From Euglena gracilis (taxonomy: Eukaryota), in contig CP154954.1 of NCBI GenBank assembly GCA_039621445.1, positions 43,565,847 to 43,629,846 on the forward strand: a DNA stretch of 64,000 nucleotides. Direction: 5' to 3'. Of the stretch, positions 9,802 to 21,898 are shown piece after piece. Position numbers and translations under genes: made by a program. The notes beneath the pieces were generated by a model. It was not told where the DNA came from and did no database searches. It worked only from the letters and a program-made list of their open reading frames with translations. Each line of letters starts with the position of its first letter. The first letter of the stretch is position 1.

Positions 9802-12800
9802 ATGCCAGCTGCCGAAACCGCCATCGCTAGGGTGGTGGAGCCGGCGGAGGGCAACTCAGCCATGTACCAAACTCTGGATGTGCCAGCTGCCTGAACCGCC
9901 ATCGCTAGGGTGGTGGAGCAGGCGGATGGTTTCCCAGCCATGAACCAAACACTGGAAATTCCAGCTGCCTTAACCGACATCGTTAGGGTAGTGGAGCCGG
10001 CAGATGGTTTTGCCGCCATGTACCAATCACTGGAAAGCAACAGGAGGACTGAAACTGAACAAGACGGCACAGACATTACAGTGCCACGGACATGCAATGA
10101 CAGCCCACGTGTCATTGCCATGGTGCACATGGACCAGGACGACACCGAACAGACCGGTCCAGCACCAGATTACACAGAACTGGACGAAAACGACGAACCG
10201 TACTTCGACGAACAGGTGTTTGCACCACAAAACTGGAACCAACAGCCAGAAACGGACACTCAGAACAACCAAAACTGGCAAACCGCAACAGCACAGCAAC
10301 CAGGAACCCAGAGTTTTGCACTGGTGGCGGTACGACAGAGCCCGGAACAACCAGACCGCCTCCAGGGTGAAACTGAAACTTCGTTCCAGGAACCTTCGTA
10401 CAGCTCGTACGAGATTCCACAGCCGGAACCACAGAACCAGAACACTGACTGGGACTGGTGGTCGAACTTTGCGTACGAAACTGGACAGCTGACCCAGGAA
10501 TTTCAACAGTTCAGACGCAAAACTGAACAGACGAACCAACAAACGGCAGAAACTCTGCAGCAGCTGCAACAAACAACAACGGAATGGGTCAGCGAACTGC
10601 ATGCAACAGTGAACAGACAGGGTGAAGCACTCATGACAGAAATAAACGGCAGACACGAAGAACAGACAACAGTGCTGGTAACAACACAGGCAAACATGGA
10701 ACAGGTGAACGTTAACCAGAACAGACTGTACCAGGAACATTTCAACGGAATGTCACAGGAGATCACAGCAATCAGGGAAATGTCTGGCTCACTGGGAGAA
10801 AACCTCAGGGAATTTCACAGTTTTCTGCAGATGGCAGGTGGAAACGCACAGAACCAGGGTGAACATCTGGTTGGTTTACTACACCGACAGCGAGAAAACG
10901 AAAAAACAACTGCAGAACTGCAACAGAGATTAGCTGTGGCAGGAGAACGGGTCGCAGGAATCACAGGCAGGCATAGTGGACGAAACTGTGGCAACAGTGT
11001 CCAGAAAAGTTGAAAACCTCAGAGGCGAAATCAGCAGTGTGGTGGAAAGAATTCAGAAGGACATGGGCAGTGAAATCGGAAATCTGGCAGGACGGGTTCA
11101 GCAGCAGGAAACAAAAACGACAACAACCATTCAAAACTGTGATTACCTGCACAAAAAACTGGTGGAACTGCAGAAAATCCCAGATCAGCAGCAGCAGATT
11201 ACACAGCTGAACGAGGAAATCGGCAGACTGAAACGACAGGTGGAAACTCTGACCTGAAACGAAGAAAAACACAAACAACGCACTGAACGCCTGAACCTGG
11301 AGCAACCTGGGTCACAGGGTGGACGAAACAGCCCAAACGACTCAAAAACTGCTGGGTGAACTACAAAAAGTGACCATTAAAACAGGAACACATGACACAT
11401 CTGAACATGCCAAATGGCTGGAAATGACATCTGCCATTGGCTCAATGACAACCAGTGTCGGTCAACTGGAAGCAAAACTGGCTGGTCTCACAGCAAAAAC
11501 TGCAGAACGGGAAACACATGACAACGGCATTTGGCAGCATTTACATTCTCTGACCACGGAACTGCAAACACAGCAGAAACGGTGGACAGAACAGCTGGTG
11601 ACCCTGGACAGAAAACTCAGTACAGTGACAAAAACGACTGAAAACCTGACCGAAAAACTGGAAAGGCAAAACACCCAGCAAATTACAACCCCCAGCCCTA
11701 GCCTGGCTGAAATACCCAAACTTTTTGAAAATCTTTGCATTTCCTCTCGCCCAGCCTGCACAGGGGCCTTCGGGCCAGAGTCAGGGGCCAGCCCCCTGGC
11801 CAGTGGGCCTCCCTCGAGGACCCAGGCTGGACAGCCAGGGGCAGCCACAACGGCCCAACGGACTGAACAACCCCCCCAGGGGGCAGACAGGGCCGCGGGC
11901 CAACGGGGATCGGGGACCCACAACCCCAGAACCAGCCCCCGGCAGCCCTGAGGGGCCAACCCACAGGACAACACGGGACGGGGACCCCAGAACCCCACAC
12001 CTGGCAGACGGGGAGGGGGACCCCACAACCCCTGGCCCAGCCACGACCAGCCCTGAGGGGCCAGCCCGCAGGAAACCAAGGGACGGGGACCCCAGAACCC
12101 CAGGCCTGTCAAACGGGGACGGGGACCCCACAACCCCTGACAGGTATGTTCAGCCAGAGCAGCCAGCAGTGGGGGGACGAAACACCACACCCAAAAATGG
12201 AAGGAGGAGCTGCAGCACTGGGGACCGTTAACTCGGCTTCCCTGGTGGGGCAGCTCATCCAACAACAACTGAAAACTGCCTTGACACCGTTAATTGCCCA
12301 ACTGACTAGACAAACAGAACGACCGACTGCAGTCCCGATCAGCCCAGCACTTACGACAAACCCGACAAGCCCAGCACCACAGCCAACCCAGCCGACTCAA
12401 CAGCCAGTGACGACACAACAAAACCCACAGTCCCGGACTCGGGGCTTGTTCATGTGGGCAGACGAAACCGAAACTCAGAACACAGCCACAACAACCTGGG
12501 TGGGACCCCAGATGGGGTCTACCCAAACTGCCATCCACCACATAGGAGAGGAAACAGTGGTGGCACCCGTGGCAACGGCCCCGGCAGCATCCTTCGGGCT
12601 GCTGCTGGGTCCAGTGGGCGCGGCGATGACAAAAGACCTGGTAAGACCAACACTGCAGGGGAATTTCGCAGATTTTGCCGTTAAATTTCCAATGTACCTG
12701 CAACGTGTGTCAGCCGGTCAGGGGTCCCTGACCGACGACCTGAAACTGTCACTGCTGGAGGGCAGCCTGGACAGTGCCAGCAAACTGGAACTACAACGCG

Positions 12801-14005
12801 GACAGGAACGCGGTGAGAAAAAAAAATACCAGGAATTTTGGAACTGGATGTGCCAGAAATACGGTGGAGACACACAATCAGCCATCAAAGACGAACTGAA
12901 AAACCTGAGACCAAAAACGGAAGGAAAACTGACACTGGAAGCGTGGAGGGATTTTGAGGCCCATTTCAAACTCCTCTACAGCAGGCTGGAAAATCCATCA
13001 GAGGAAGACGCTTACAACCTGGAGGCCGAAAAGATGCCTGAAACGCAACGCAGAAGCTGCATCAGGGAACAGGCCCGCAGAAATCAGGACAGACCGACAC
13101 TGAAACTGAAAGGGGTCACAAACATTAAAAACGTCCCAGATGCAACAACGGAAGACGTTCGTGACCTGGTGGCAGCAACAGTGGGCACAGGTGAAAATTT
13201 TCAGGTGGCACGAGACGGACAAAACTTCAGGATCCAACTGCACAGCAGCAGAGCTGCTGAACTGCTCCTGATGAAAAACGGTTCAACGTTGCTGACTGGA
13301 CACAAACCACAGTTCACGCAGGTGCAAGCCAAACTCACATTGGCCGAACTGTTCCAACGGGTGGAAACCGAACTCAGGTGCCAGCAACAGTCAGACTCCC
13401 TGGGTAGGGGGTACAACGGCTGGCAGAACCAACCTCGTGAAAACAGATCACGGTCGATGGACCGCAGCGGTTACGTCAGGGAAGTCAAGGAGGAGGAGAA
13501 AACAAAATCCAGAAGTCGGACACCACCTTCCAGATCCCGACCCAACTCCCCTGGACCTCGAACCCCAACACCTGAAAAACCCAGACCCCCTTCTCCACGC
13601 CAGCCGGTGGCCATGGCAGTTTCAGAACAGCCTGGCCAGGGACGGTACACAAACTGGTCAGACTGGGGACAGAACGACTGGGGCAAAGGCAAAGGAAAGG
13701 GGAAAGGTCAAAGCTGGGGTTCAACCCAAAACTGGAACCAGAACCAGAACTGGAATCAGAATTACGGCAAAGGCTACGATTCAGGAAAGGGATACAACTC
13801 TGGGAAAGGATACGATTCTGGGAAGGGGAGCGGGAAAGGAAAAGGTAAAGGGCAGCCACAGCCACAGCCAGCAGCAACGAAAACTGAACCACAGCCACAG
13901 CAAACCAATTCACAGGAGCCAGCCAACCAGCCACAGGGACAGCCAAAGGCAGAAGCATCTTCCAGCAATCGCTGGCAGCCAGTTCAAAACGCAGAACGGA
14001 AGTGA
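9802..14005 (+). pseudogene. gag: Element A gag (very long, coiled-coil N-half, fragmented)
   Basis: Consecutive + strand ORFs 9910-11013, 10976-11257, 11319-11951, 12146-14005, homologous to B gag. The true start is uncertain. Confidence 0.8.
9805..10035. repeat. 3 x 78-bp coding tandem repeat at A gag start
   Basis: CCAGCTGCC... units at 9805, 9883 and 9961. Confidence 0.8.
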
Positions 14006-14239
14006 AGGGGGTGCGGCCTGAGGGTAGGGGACGAGAGGGGCGACTCTCTGCAGACACAACCGAAACAACAAAACAAAACAAGGGAACCAGGTCCAGAGCC
14101 GCAGCGGTCATACACACTGGGTAAGGGATGTAAGAAAAAACCCCAAAAGAAAAACATCCTGACAAAAAAACGACTCCACAGCCCAGAACCGAAAAGGGAA
14201 CAAGTCAGCTACAGGTTCGGCAGAGCAGCTTCACGGTGG

Positions 14240-14750
14240 GTGTCTGAAAACTACCACGTGAAGGAAGAAAAAATGACAGAAATTCTCTCACACTTCGGGG
14301 TCCAACCCCAGCTGGATGCCTTTGCAACCAAAAAAAACAAAAGATTCCCGCAATGGTGGGGATCGGACAGCCCAGATGGAACTGACGCCTTTGAAAAAAA
14401 CTGGCACGGAAAACTGCTGTGGATGAACCCCCCATTCAGCAAAATTTCACAGGTGGTGAAGAAAATCCAAACAGACGAGGCCCACGCACTTCTCATGGTA
14501 CCAAGATGGGTCCACAGAAAATGGTACAGGGAAATCAAAAAGCTGGCCGTGATATCAATGTTCATCCCAGCAGGAACAAAACTGTTTGGACAGGGTGACA
14601 AGAACTGCAGGAATACACCGTGGTCTGTGGAAGTGTTTTTGGTATGCGGACACAAAACACGGTGCAAGTACCTACCAGGTTTCCACAAACATTTCACCCC
14701 CCTACACCCGACATCCAAGGTGAGGTTCGGCACAGCCCATGAATACCCGC
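14240..14750 (+). CDS. Element A Dam-like N6-adenine DNA methyltransferase domain (pol frame, uninterrupted)
   Basis: QPQLDAFA...DAFEKNW..LLWMNPPFS...LLMVPRW. Confidence 0.88.
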
Positions 14751-14887
14751 CAGCGGAGGACGAGGTGGAGGGTGGTGAACAAAAAACCGACTTGGGGACG
14801 GAAAAACCACAGAAACACACCAGAAAACTGCAGGAGCCAGCCACAGCGACTCCAGAACGGGCCATTGCAGAAAAACCAAAACCACAA

Positions 14888-14969
14888 ATGCTGGACCTGT
14901 TCTGTGGAACAAAATCGGTCAGCAAGGTGTATGAAAAAATGGGTTTCCAGGCGGTGACGGTGGACTCAG
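14888..14969 (+). pseudogene. Element A C5-cytosine methyltransferase, N-terminal part
   Basis: MLDLFCGTKSV...VTVDS in frame with the Dam domain; cut by element C. Confidence 0.88.
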
Positions 14970-14971
14970 AG

Positions 14972-15395
14972 TGTACGTCCAAAGCTTTCCCTTTTCCCCT
15001 TTTTGGAACTTTCTGTAAAAGCCTTTCGCTTTCGCCTTGGTGCGCAGCCTACTTATGGTAGGGAAAAGTCTTTGGAGTAACGAAAAGTGGTTTTCCCCTT
15101 TTCTTCCCAATTCCCCAAGAAGCAAAGCACAAAGCAATGTCTCAGAAGTTTCTTCTGAGTTCAGTCTTGATTGTTCCAAGGGTTTTTCCCTCTGACAAAA
15201 CCAATGGTGAAACTTGGAATTGATGACAGTAAAGAATACCACCTGTGGGGGAAGGAGAGAAAAGTGCTGACGTGTCCAGGGGCAGATCCCAGAAGGGTCT
15301 GCCACGATCTTACCAGCTGTGGTTCCACAGTGGTGCGACCGTCACAGAACCCACTCTGCAGATATCCTACAGAGCTGGGACGTGCCTGGTACACA
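14972..15395 (-). repeat. 3' LTR of element C
   Basis: TG..CA; adjacent PPT GGGAGGGGGA (- strand, 15396-15405). Confidence 0.95.
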
Positions 15396-16796
15396 TCCCC
15401 CTCCCAGGGCTACGCCCGATTTCCTTCATGGACCAGGGTTTCCCAGTCCAGTCAGGATATCTGACGCTGCCCCAGGTGGGGTTCACTTCTCCATTCGGTG
15501 TCTCTCCTTTCCGCACAGTGGCATCCACCCAAAGCCCAAAAACGCGCAAAAGGTTAGCCGCGTTTCGCGGTTACCTATTAGCCGTTTCGGCTTAGGTGGG
15601 GTGTGAAAAAGCCCACTGTGGGAAACGGGGCTTGGCAGGTTTCCTGACAAAGTGTCCCATCCACCCACTTTGGGTGTGCCAAAGGCACGCGGGGTTGGTC
15701 AAGCGATTCGCTGAAAACCCGAGGGGAGAGGTGTGGAAGGGGGGCAGGCTCCTATCCTGGTCATACCCGGATAGGGCTCCTAGGCGGTCATATCCGCACT
15801 AGGAAACAAAAGCCTACTTACAAAACCGACTGCCGGCGACAGCTTTGCGGGGGTGGGGGGAAAGTAGAGAGGAGAGGGGGGCTGGCTTAGGCCAGAACAG
15901 AATTTTTGCTGTCTGGCAGCCTTAAGGGCCTTAGGGCCGAAAAGTGACAAGTTGGCCTATTATTACGGCGTGCGCGCTGTTTGCTGTGTGTCACTTAGCG
16001 GCTTGCCAGGTTTCCCGGCTGCCAAGGTATTCACAGCAGTAGCTCCTTCACGACGCAATAAGAGGCGATTACCTCTCGCAGACGGTTTCCGTCCGCATGG
16101 CCATTGGCAGAGGGGCAGGTGGCAGGGGGGGGGGGCTCTTGGATGCTTCCATCCAGAGCGTAGAGTGACACAGACCCAGGTTCATCCCAGGGCTGTTTAG
16201 CGATTTCCGCTACCATTGTATATATATATATAGGATATGGATGTCCAGGCTCCATGAAGGCACTTACCTTACATGAGCCTGGGAATGCCGTTTCGGCATT
16301 ACATCCGTTCCAGCCGCCAATAATCATGGCGGGAGTCCAAGGGATCTTCCACAAGGACCATCTGGAATTGTGGTGGTGGTGGCCTATCTACGAGCCAGGT
16401 TTCTGGCGATTCGTATTCGAAATCAGGTGCCACCCAGTCCCGAACCCATCCTTCGGGGACTGTGTGCTTGGTTGCACTCGCTCTTTCCGCGAGGAACCAT
16501 TGCAGCTTCTCCCAGAATTTCCTGGGTAGAGTGGCTGGCCAGATGAAGTAGTTCATCCTTGGGTGATTGGCTGACACCTGCGGGGCATTCCCCGGGTGGA
16601 AGTCAATCGGCATGTGATAGGCGCATTCCGCCCGGACTGTATGGGGTCGTAATACGGCCCCAAGCCAGTCTTTCCAGGTCATCCCGTGGCTTTCGGGTGG
16701 CCATTGTGGCAGGCACCAGCGACCGTTTCGGTCCTGGTTTTGGAACAGGCGGAAAAGTATCTTTTCCCTGTCTGCTGTTTCCCAGAGGTAAGGTAA

Positions 16797-19700
16797 TCAT
16801 ACCCCTGCCTCCTCAGCAGCGAGGCGTATCGCCCCACTGTCGATCTGCCACCCACGGGCCATTCCCGTGTGGCGGTAGTCGTCGAGCTTGAGGTTGGCAT
16901 ACTTGAAAAAGTCCTTGAACGTTTTGTTCAAGGTGGAGTATTCCTCCAGTGGCTTCTCGGCACTTGGCACGATTGTGCGTACTGCGCCTTCCGCAGTGTG
17001 CCAAAAGGTACCTCGAAGGCAGTTGACGCAGAGAACTGGTACATTCGTACCGTCTCGGTCTGTGTAGCTGAAATTGTGCTTGTGGGTCCAACTGTCCACG
17101 CACTTGGCGCATACCAAGGCGGCACAGTTAGGGATGTATACATCCTTGTGGAACGATTTCCGATCCACAGGGTTGCACACATGGACGAGGGGTAATCCCA
17201 GGTCAAGTGCCCTGTTGTACATCTTGTGGCATACAGTGCAAAGCCACACAAAACGGTTTTCCGTTGTTTTGTCGATGAGGAATTCCTCACCGAAGAATTG
17301 GGCCAAAACACGGGGAGATCTGGAATTGTAATAATTCCAGGTCACATTCTGATCAAAGGACCATTTCCGTCCCTGACAGAACAGTGGTTCAATCCACCGG
17401 TTAAGGCATTGCTGTGTCCTCAATTTATGTGTAATCATCATGTACCTGTTTTTCAGGTCATGAATGTCAGGGTCATCCTGATTGATCGCGTTCCAGTCGA
17501 TGACAACTTCGTCTTCTGAAGGTGTCTCGGCTGTCGAGGCGCGGGATTTTCCCTGCCCCTTTGTCGGAGGTTTCGGCTGTGAGGTTTTCCCATAGCCGGA
17601 TGACGTGACATGCGTGAATCCTTGTCCCGAGGTTAATCCCCGAGAAGAGGATGCAGCACTCTGGCCGCCAGCACCACCACCGCCTTTCGGTGGGGGCTGA
17701 TCACCAGATTTCGGTGTGGGTTTGCAAGGTGCGGCGCCCGGTTTACTTTTCGCCGGGGCCTTCGGGCTTCCGGTTTCCGGAGTCTCCGAGGGTCGCCGCT
17801 CGGCGTCTCGTTTGCTTGCCCACGTGCGTGGTGACGCTTGGGACGGGGGTCTTTTCCCCGACGCCGAACGTCGTTGACCTTCAGCAGGGGTTTCCCGAGC
17901 TGATGGTCGTCCTACACGCTCCTTCGCGGCTCCCGAAGGTTTCCCAGGGGTAGCCGTGGGGGATGGTGTTGGTGTAGGCCTAGCCTGTGCACTTCGCGCT
18001 GGCTGAGCCTGTGGTGGAGGCATGGACGCCCGCTCGGCCTGTTTTTCAGACGCCGGTGTCCATGTGCCTTGACGCTTCTCTGCCGTGACTGTGGCTGTAC
18101 CGTGAGATACGGGTTCATCCCGTGCCTCCGGTGGTACCGCCGGTGTCGATACAGGATCATCCTGTACTGACACGGCTGGTGTTGTCTCCACAGTCATTGC
18201 CGTCTGTACGCCTTCCGTCCGTGTCGCTTCCGACACTGGCGGTGGCGCTGCCGTTGGGGGAGGTTCATCCTCCACCATGGCTGCAGATGTGTCTTCCGTC
18301 AGCTGGGCAGTTTCCGCCGCAGCTGTGGAAGAACTGGCCGCAGTGCCACGTGGAGTGACTACTGCGATCAGTGACCGTAAACCACCGAGTACGCGTCCGC
18401 CTAGTGAGGTGCGTCTCTCCTCACCTGAAGTGGGCTCCTCGGCTGGCTCTTCTGTTGACGGGGCTTCCCCGGAAACAGGGAGCTTGAGGCGTAATACCTC
18501 AGGCGTGTGGGGTACCGTTTCCGGCGGGTTTTCCCGCGGAGGGGTTGGTACACCCGCTGTACCCAGTGAGGCTGGTGATAGAGGGACAGGTGTCATTTCA
18601 CCTGCTTGTGATCCTGGGTGTTGGGCGGTTTCTGCCACAGTATCCAGCATCACTACCGATGGGCTACGGGTTTCCCGTGCCGGAGGTTCCGTTGGCTGAG
18701 GTTCATCCTCAGCCATGGGGACCTCCTCCTCCTCCTCGTCCGCTTCCGGAGAGGATTCGGCTGCGTGTAGCTGTGCTGCAGAACGCGGGTCTTTCCCGCT
18801 CCTGTAGCACCCTTGTGCGTTTGACAGGCGGAAAAAGCTAATACTTTCACTCCTGTCAGAGTTCGGGTATGGGGGTGGCCACGTCGCTCTCACCCAGCTT
18901 TCGGGTGGAGGTTGTGGTTGATCATCGTCGATCAAGCAAAGGTCTTCCCACTGCCGTCGACAATGGTCAGTCACGCCAAACTCTCCTGTTTCTTCCAGGA
19001 ATGCTGGCAGTGGCAACGCGTAACGAGGGACTTCCCCTTCGTGCGCCGCGAAAAACATCTGAAAATCCTCCCATATCAGGATATTCCCGAATTGGGTATC
19101 CAGGTGTTCTTGGAGACCTATTTCGGCCTCTTCCCAGTCTGGTCGTAGGTTCATCCTGCGCTGGTCTGGGTCATTGGGTCTGGCGTTCACCTCCATATAT
19201 CCCCGCGGCAACCACTTTCTGTGGATTTCCACATCGGCGGTCATATATTCCAGGAAATATATGTAGACCTCTAGGACGTAGGTAATCCACGCCCTGTGCC
19301 AGTACTGCTGCAGCAGAAATATTTTCTGCCGGTGCTGTTTCAGCACCTTTCGGTCTTGCGTTCCAATCCGGGGATTCCGGCACTGATGCAGGAGGAATCT
19401 CCTGGTCGGCTGGCTGCCGGCATTCTCGGCAGACGGAGGCGGTTTTCCGCGTTCTCCGAAACCCCAGAAGTCAACGATGTGGACTTCCTTGCAAAACTGG
19501 CATTCCAGTTTGTACCGCTGGGGGTACGCGAGGTCCACGTCCAATACCTTGAACAGCATGCCATACATGCTGTCCAAGAAGACTTGGAGGTTGTTCGTGA
19601 ACATTACCGCAGCCGGTGCCTGGAGTTTCTCCGGCAGGGGGTAATACTTCCACTGGATTCCCAGTGCGCTGACTGAAAACATGTGGTTGAAGATTTCCTT

Positions 19701-20717
19701 CAACTGTGCAACGAACGTTTCGCCGTCTTCACAGGTATTCAGGCAATCGGTATACGTCAGACCGTTTCGGTCGGTAAAAATGCCGAAATTCTGGCAGGGG
19801 TATCCCAACCAGAACCACAATTCCCAGAAACCAGGCATCTGGTCCAGGACAACTTCATTCGAATGAGGGTATCCCTCGAACGCATGAAGTTCGGCACTGT
19901 AGAAAAAACGTTTGCAGTGATCGTTCATACGATTCTGCACCACTTCGAGCACCGCATCCGGTGGTCGGTGGATCACGTTGCCTGCCCTTGTGAACTTTAG
20001 GAGATCTTCGTCGATTTTCGGCCAGATCTCCTCCAGGTACTTGAACACTGAGGCAACGTCATAATCCTTCGTTTTCGAAGGTTCGGCGGCTTTCCCGCCC
20101 TTACCTGCTGGGGGTCCGGCAGATTTTCCGCCTTTGCCTGGAGCTGACCAGGCGGCTTTTCCACCTTTGCCAGGTGGGGCTTTCCCACCTTTCTCCTGGC
20201 CTTTTCCTTTCCCCTTACCTTTACCCTTTCCTTTACCCTTGCCCTTTGTGTTTGACAGCCATTCGAATGTCGCCCGGTATGGGTCAAAGTATTCCCAGTA
20301 TTCTGGGTCTTCTGGCGTAAACACTGGGTAAGTCACGGATTCCGTGCTTGGCGTCCGAGCAAATTCCTGCTCAGCATCACCACGATTCGAGTAAACCGGT
20401 GCGACTGGGGATGGTCGGGTTTCCCGACGTGCCCGTTCTGCCGTCACGTCTGGCGCTGGCGGAGCTTCCTCCTCAGCGTCGACATGCATCGCCGCGGGCG
20501 GATTTTCCGACCTCGGCGAGCGGCGCTGTGGCTGCGGCGTCAGATTTTCCGGGCCGCGGTCACGCTTGCCGGCGGCAGAACTTGTGGGCCGTGCTAGAGG
20601 CGCTTCCGCCACAGCAACGTCCTGCTGTCGCGCTGGTTGACTTGATCGTGATGGAGCTGGGACTCCTGTGAGAGCCGACACAGCAGCATCATACTGCTGG
20701 CGCTCTTCCCGTGTCAT
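16797..20717 (-). CDS. Element C accessory protein, 1306 aa, unknown function, Cys-rich (RING/PHD-like) C-terminus
   Basis: Long uninterrupted ORF with two globular-looking regions, a GKGKGK tract and CTVC..HVC..CAALVCAKC..CVNC. Confidence 0.8.
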   Translation of the reverse strand: MTREERQQYDAAVSALTGVPAPSRSSQPARQQDVAVAEAPLARPTSSAAGKRDRGPENLTPQPQRRSPRSENPPAAMHVDAEEEAPPAPDVTAERARRETRPSPVAPVYSNRGDAEQEFARTPSTESVTYPVFTPEDPEYWEYFDPYRATFEWLSNTKGKGKGKGKGKGKGKGQEKGGKAPPGKGGKAAWSAPGKGGKSAGPPAGKGGKAAEPSKTKDYDVASVFKYLEEIWPKIDEDLLKFTRAGNVIHRPPDAVLEVVQNRMNDHCKRFFYSAELHAFEGYPHSNEVVLDQMPGFWELWFWLGYPCQNFGIFTDRNGLTYTDCLNTCEDGETFVAQLKEIFNHMFSVSALGIQWKYYPLPEKLQAPAAVMFTNNLQVFLDSMYGMLFKVLDVDLAYPQRYKLECQFCKEVHIVDFWGFGERGKPPPSAENAGSQPTRRFLLHQCRNPRIGTQDRKVLKQHRQKIFLLQQYWHRAWITYVLEVYIYFLEYMTADVEIHRKWLPRGYMEVNARPNDPDQRRMNLRPDWEEAEIGLQEHLDTQFGNILIWEDFQMFFAAHEGEVPRYALPLPAFLEETGEFGVTDHCRRQWEDLCLIDDDQPQPPPESWVRATWPPPYPNSDRSESISFFRLSNAQGCYRSGKDPRSAAQLHAAESSPEADEEEEEVPMAEDEPQPTEPPARETRSPSVVMLDTVAETAQHPGSQAGEMTPVPLSPASLGTAGVPTPPRENPPETVPHTPEVLRLKLPVSGEAPSTEEPAEEPTSGEERRTSLGGRVLGGLRSLIAVVTPRGTAASSSTAAAETAQLTEDTSAAMVEDEPPPTAAPPPVSEATRTEGVQTAMTVETTPAVSVQDDPVSTPAVPPEARDEPVSHGTATVTAEKRQGTWTPASEKQAERASMPPPQAQPARSAQARPTPTPSPTATPGKPSGAAKERVGRPSARETPAEGQRRSASGKRPPSQASPRTWASKRDAERRPSETPETGSPKAPAKSKPGAAPCKPTPKSGDQPPPKGGGGAGGQSAASSSRGLTSGQGFTHVTSSGYGKTSQPKPPTKGQGKSRASTAETPSEDEVVIDWNAINQDDPDIHDLKNRYMMITHKLRTQQCLNRWIEPLFCQGRKWSFDQNVTWNYYNSRSPRVLAQFFGEEFLIDKTTENRFVWLCTVCHKMYNRALDLGLPLVHVCNPVDRKSFHKDVYIPNCAALVCAKCVDSWTHKHNFSYTDRDGTNVPVLCVNCLRGTFWHTAEGAVRTIVPSAEKPLEEYSTLNKTFKDFFKYANLKLDDYRHTGMARGWQIDSGAIRLAAEEAGV

Positions 20718-21736
20718 TTCCGCCCGGGCAGGGTATCCCTGGCCAGCGGAAACAGGGGGCGACGTGCGATTTGTCGTTGGATCGTCACAGCATATTCATA
20801 CTGTTGACGCTCCTCCTCAGTCTCGAACGGCCGACCAGTCCACGGGTTAACGGGTTCATCCCGTGCCGGGGGAACTGGTGCCGCACGAGGCGCTGCCGCG
20901 GCTTCCCGCGGACGAGCGCTTCGGGCAGAGTCAGACGCCGGGGGAGGATTTCCCTCCGCAGGACGTCGTGGGATAGGGTCAGGTATAGTTGGGTGGGGTT
21001 GAGGTGGATATACGTACTGATCCTGTGGCCTTGGCGCCTCCTGGGGATAATCCCCAGAGACGGCGTACTGAGACACATGCTCCTCTGCAGGATAATCCCG
21101 CCGGGGCACGCGCTCAGGGGATCTAAAAATGCTTTCTTTCACGCGTGGGTGTTCACTCCGGACAGGTGCTTCCACTGTCTCTTCCTCGGGTAATCCGGGG
21201 GAGTGAGCACGAAAATGTGCAGTGTAAGTGCCAACTGGTGGTACCTGCCGTGCGACCTGTGGCGGGACTTCCACGCCCAGGTCACGCATGGTAATGTCTG
21301 CCGCGAATCCCGACGCGTCCGGGTCGGTGTAATACACCAGACCGGTCATCGTCGCCTGGGCGCACATACACCACAGGGCTGGAGGGGTATTCGCGATGGT
21401 CAAAACTTTACGGCAGTGGTCATCCCACAATGCCTGTGTGAGTTGGTCTGGTGCCGGGTTTGCGCTCATACGCATAACCCGGTTCATCGTCTCCGCCGTG
21501 CGGTGGATCATCACACCCGCATACGGTGGGAGGCGACGAGAGCCTGATGGCTGAGATGGCCGCGCTTCCGCGGGCATCTGGGTCATCCTGCTACTGCTGC
21601 TGGCTTCAGGGTTTCCCTGAGCCGCAGTCCGTGCAGGTGGCTGCGTACCGTATCGGTACGCATACTGGTCAGGTTGAGGGTGAGTGGTGGGGTGGTAAGG
21701 CGGTCCTCCGCCTGGCTCCCTTCCGCCGGGCAGCAT
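20714..21736 (-). CDS. Element C accessory ORF, 340 aa, Pro-rich; possibly a frameshifted N-terminus of the 1306-aa ORF
   Basis: ATG-initiated ORF downstream of pol; ATGA overlap with the next ORF; both share an EERQQY motif. Confidence 0.65.
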   Translation of the reverse strand: MLPGGREPGGGPPYHPTTHPQPDQYAYRYGTQPPARTAAQGNPEASSSSRMTQMPAEARPSQPSGSRRLPPYAGVMIHRTAETMNRVMRMSANPAPDQLTQALWDDHCRKVLTIANTPPALWCMCAQATMTGLVYYTDPDASGFAADITMRDLGVEVPPQVARQVPPVGTYTAHFRAHSPGLPEEETVEAPVRSEHPRVKESIFRSPERVPRRDYPAEEHVSQYAVSGDYPQEAPRPQDQYVYPPQPHPTIPDPIPRRPAEGNPPPASDSARSARPREAAAAPRAAPVPPARDEPVNPWTGRPFETEEERQQYEYAVTIQRQIARRPLFPLARDTLPGRK

Positions 21737-21898
21737 ATTACCGCCCGGGGACGGTACGGTAGGATGTTGGGGTTGTTGGTTGTAAGGTGTGTGAGGGTAA
21801 CCGCTTGAGTATTATTTGCTAAAAAGTCTGCGGAAAGAAAGAATGATAAGAATCAATGATAAAAAGAAGAGAAAACAACATGGGTTTCCCATGCGTTC

